This document shows positions 60,017-64,000 of a DNA stretch of 64,000 nt, piece by piece. The DNA is from Marsupella aquatica (taxonomy: Eukaryota; Plantae; Marchantiophyta). Numbering within the stretch: position 1 is the stretch's first letter; the number at the start of each line of letters is the position of its first letter. The stretch lies in the NCBI GenBank assembly GCA_973895155.1, contig OZ316893.1:1178860-1242859 (forward strand). Direction: 5' to 3'. The position numbers and the translations under genes are program-made. The notes under the pieces were generated by a model that saw nothing but the letters and a program-made list of their open reading frames with translations, had not been told where the DNA came from and did no database searches.

Positions 60017-63000
60017 ATGGCTAGTGAGTCTCCGAGCTCAAAGAAGGAGCCCCCCTGGCACGCGATTCTCCCTCCAATGCCGCGCATCTCCGTCTCGACC
60101 AGCTCCCGTGCTCGACTATCACATCGCCGCCCTCCCCCGATTCCTCCTGCTCCTGCTCCTGTTGCTGCTCAGTCATCACCATCTCGATTCTCTCCTCAAT
60201 CTACCAAAAACTCTTCCGAATCTCGTGCGTTGCAAACACTCCCTGCCCCTGCCCCTGCCCCTGCCCCTGTCCCTACGTACTCGACATCACCTACTCGGAC
60301 TGCTGCTGCTAGTGAAGGTTCTGGGACTTCTTGTTCTGCATCATCTGCGGGTCTGGACAGTAGGGGCACTACTGGATCCTTTGACGCAGCTTCCAGGCCC
60401 GGCAATGTGTGTTCACTTAGTAACGAGGATTCTATTGGGAATCTGAGCTCAGTTTGCGCTGCCTCTGAACTCGTAACTCCGCTCAATTCCGAGGAGGGCC
60501 CTTTAACCAACGGTTCCCACTCGCCTGGAGTGTCTCCAATTACGAGAATTCCCAGCCCATTTATACTACAGCAGGCTTCCTCTGGAGTTGATGGTTATCG
60601 AGGGGTTCACAAGAACGGTGTAGGGTTTGGAATGGAGGGACTGAATGAGGCGGATGATCGAGACATTGGCGAAATCATCAGAGATAAGTGCACTAATAGC
60701 TACATGGAGTACACCGTTGCTGAACCAACCTCGGGCGTAGGTTGCCCTGGTGGGTCAGAAGAAGTAAATGAGTACGGGGGAGCTGGAATTAGGTTGAATC
60801 CAGAAAATTGTGTGGACGTCTGCCGGGAAGCGGAAACTTCTGATTTGTTAAGGAGTGAGGAGGTCGTTAAAGACGAAGCTGACCTTGACGAAGGGCAGCA
60901 ACTAGGTGGTGGAGGAAAGGAGACAAAACATCCGGACGTCGGCAGGTCCAGTAACGATTGCTGTACTTCCAGACATAAGGATATCGCAAATGGTGAACCC
61001 AAGGCATCCCCAAGTTGCCATAACGCTCTAAAAGAAGTGGATTGGTGCAAGGAGGTTGGCGTTCGGGTAAATTATGAGATTCGCTCGCACATTGGCCGTG
61101 AAGCGGTAATTTCTGATTCAGATGATAAAGAAGAGCCCTCTCTAACCGAAGGTGAACTTGAGGAAGGGCAGCTACCAGGTGAATGGAGCGGGTGTGAGGA
61201 ATCAAGTGAAGATTCCGAACCTGCTCAAATGTTGGAAGACAGTACAGCTGTTTGTCCAATTGTGAGAGAGGTTCCCACAATTCCGTTGATAGTGAACGTG
61301 GCGAATCAGATTTACTATCCCTTCCAAGTTGAGGGAATTCCTTTCGAGCAAAGGAGTGGAGGAAACAGTAAGGCCAAGGGTAAAAAGAAAAAGAAGCATA
61401 AGAAAGGGGAAGGGTCCAAAAAGAGGTCTCGAGAGAAGTCCAAGGAAAAACACAACGAGGTTTTAAAGAAGAGAATGGCAGAACGAAAAGGACTGGACGG
61501 TGGGTCCAATTCGGGTCTCGCGAACAGCAAGGACAGGAGTGGTCGCGGAGGTCAGGCTTGTAACAATACTGGCGCAGGCAAATTTAACGAATTGCCTGAA
61601 AATGCGTCACAGACCCTGCAGAAAAGACCAACAGTGGATGACGGACCCGAGGATGGTGAAATCCTACTGGAGGTCTGTTTCTCAGTCTCAAAGTTGCTTT
61701 GTGGAAGTTGGCTCCATAAATAATGCCCCCTTCCCCTTTGCTCTAGTTGCTCCCACCGTTGTTGTCTTTGTTATTTACCTAGTAGACAACCGTGATAACC
61801 TATTGTTGTTACTGGTCGCTGCAGATCAGTTGAGCCTCTCAAAGTTTTGCATATCTTATGTCTCTTTGCAGGGATCTCTTATCAAAGTTTCTGGTTTGTA
61901 CAGTCTACGAAGACCAACGACGGAATTCTTTCTTCTCTTGTCGAAGCTGAAGTGGGGCTTTGGACCACAGATGACGTCGATGACCAATTTGTTGCCGAGG
62001 TACTCGTTCACCCATGTTTTGACCACTTGGTTTCGGATTGAGGGTTTGCATGCTTGTGTACTGGCACATGAGTATAGATTGGAGTTTTCTCAATGCAGTT
62101 ATAACATGGCTGTACAGATGGAACAAGACGGAACTGTAAAGAGAAAACGTGGGCCCGAAACTGCTGAGAGAAAACTGAAACGGAAGGTAAGGGCATGTGA
62201 CACCTTGGTTTCTTTCTATCGCACCCTTGAAGTATTTGTATGGCAATTCAGGTGCTGTTGCTGGAGATCAAGATTCCTATTCAGTTGTTCATTTGATTAT
62301 ATTTTTTGGAATCATTGTTCACTGTTTTAGCTGCACACCCTACTCTGTCCGTCTTGTTTCAACAATGTTTAATGACGTGCTTGGGATGTCCGCCAACAGC
62401 TATCGCAGACTTTCTGCTAGGTTCATTGAGGTCGGGACTTCTACAATTCAGTACTCTTTATATTGTGCTCCTAGGTGCTGCATTATGGTTTGTACACCTG
62501 CTCAGTATCAGTCTATCTGTGGTTGTGTACCAGATTGCCAAGCGAAAGAGAAGGGCTCAGAAAGAAAGAGAACTGGGCATCCGGCGACCACCAAGGATGG
62601 TTCAAAGCAAGCCTGTCAAGGTGCTTTGCACACATTATATGAAAGGAAGATGCGCTAAGGTTGGAACCTCTTGATCCTTTCTTTTGCTTCTCCATCAACG
62701 ATGTGAATCAATCTTTGCAGTTGACTTTTACTTTTTACTTGGCTTCCAGCTACATGTGCTCTTCCGGTCTATGTTCCTTCGGAGCCAGTAGATTACAGGA
62801 CACCATGGCATTCCGTCCTTGGTAACACTCAGATGGACATCATAATGCTATCACTGGGAAATGCTATCACTGGGTAAGTTCCATTCATTCGCACACCATT
62901 TCCCAGTATCATCCATTAGCACACCATTTATCCATGACTTAGTATTTGTCATTGGATCGGACCACCAGCAACAGATAACACTGTTTTGCAAGACATATAG

Positions 63001-63724
63001 TAACTATTGAACACTGACCTCTAATCTCATACCGCCTTTTCTATGAAGCCTTCCAAATGAGATTCATATTTCGGTATCTTGCATGAAACCCGGATGATTT
63101 CACGAGTAACCATAGTAAATTTCAGCATCGTCAACGTGAGCCTTTTACTTGTGGATTTGCTGGCCCTGTTTCTTTATCCTCATGTATTCTGTACTTGGAT
63201 TCGCGGTCTTAAGCTAGGACTGTGCATCGTTAGAGGGGATGAATAAGGTGGGAGCACCTGTTTCATCCCGCCCGTTTAAAGTTGAAGATCAACTATTTTC
63301 TTCCAAGTCTTTAACACTCTTTGCCATCTTCATCATCCACGTTGATGAAATGGTCAATTGAGCCAGCAGTGACATCCATTAGCACACCTTCAAACGACCA
63401 TCCCTGTGGCAATTTATTTGTTTTGAAATGTTGCGGACAAAGCACTCATCGAGTGGCTTCGGCCCTTACCTTTCGGACTTACATCTAAGTAAAACGAACA
63501 AAACGAGAGCTGTAATGGCTAAAATTGGGTTCTCCATGAATTTTAAGGTTTTATTCATACCTGAGAAGCTGACTTGAGAACTATGTTGGGTAGACTGGTT
63601 TAGCTTTTCTGATGTTTATTCTGACCGCAATACATGCGTGTCTGATGAGCTGAACCCTGGATCTTGTATGCAGGGAGATCAATGTACCTTCTCACATGAT
63701 GCTGTTCCTTTGACCAAACAAGAG
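60017..63724 (+). CDS. CCCH zinc-finger protein (EMB1789/C3H65-like), 5' part, continues past the window
   Basis: Exons 60017-61672, 61904-61999, 62118-62186, 62534-62659, 63674-63724. LEEGQL motif, basic KRKRRAQKERELGIRR, then spliced CTHYMKGRCAKGDQCTFSH (C-x7-C-x5-C-x3-H) DAVPLTK. Confidence 0.82.
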
Positions 63725-64000
63725 GTACTATCTCTTGCGACTGTCTAGACTGGGGCTCATGCCTGAATACTAACTCATTTGTATCACGTACTGTCACTTT
63801 TCAACTGCGTAGGTACTATAGTTGATGTCAAGTTGTTCATGTTTCTATCATTTGAGCTAGGCTATTGTTGGACCAGAACCTGGTAAAGTTTCGGAAATCA
63901 CTTTGCCGGTTCATCCCTGAGTTCTCCTGACGGAAGGTGGTTGGTGTGGTGGATGCAGCCATGCAAATTTTTGATGAGTCATTCTTGTTTGAAAGGAGAT

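Noticed and set aside
61500-62330. 276-aa ORF overlapping the CCCH gene
   Set aside because: Read-through across introns; only 62118-62186 fits the spliced model in that frame.

Overview
Eukaryotic nuclear DNA from a land plant, probably a non-seed plant (inferred from gene content, not proven). Seven intron-containing genes could be assembled by hand from GT-AG exons: a MEKK-type MAPKKK, a DUF1499 protein, the mitochondrial carrier DTC, a URT1-like TUTase, an At3g07150-like small membrane protein, a C2orf81/DUF4639-like protein and the 5' part of a CCCH zinc-finger gene. There is also an intronless, disabled CIPK copy, an L1-type LINE with a nested retroposon, several MITEs, a CACTA end and tandem duplications. 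The standout is a tiny non-coding LTR retrotransposon (TRIM) whose ~138-bp LTRs each contain a tRNA-like Pol III module, with a 58-bp interior of tRNA-iMet PBS, hairpin and PPT. It occurs as a complete 337-bp element with a 5-bp TSD (1667-2003, minus) and as a three-LTR tandem array (57909-58441, plus). It is a tRNA counterpart of the 5S-carrying Cassandra elements. All coordinates and alignments were read by eye; no searches were run.
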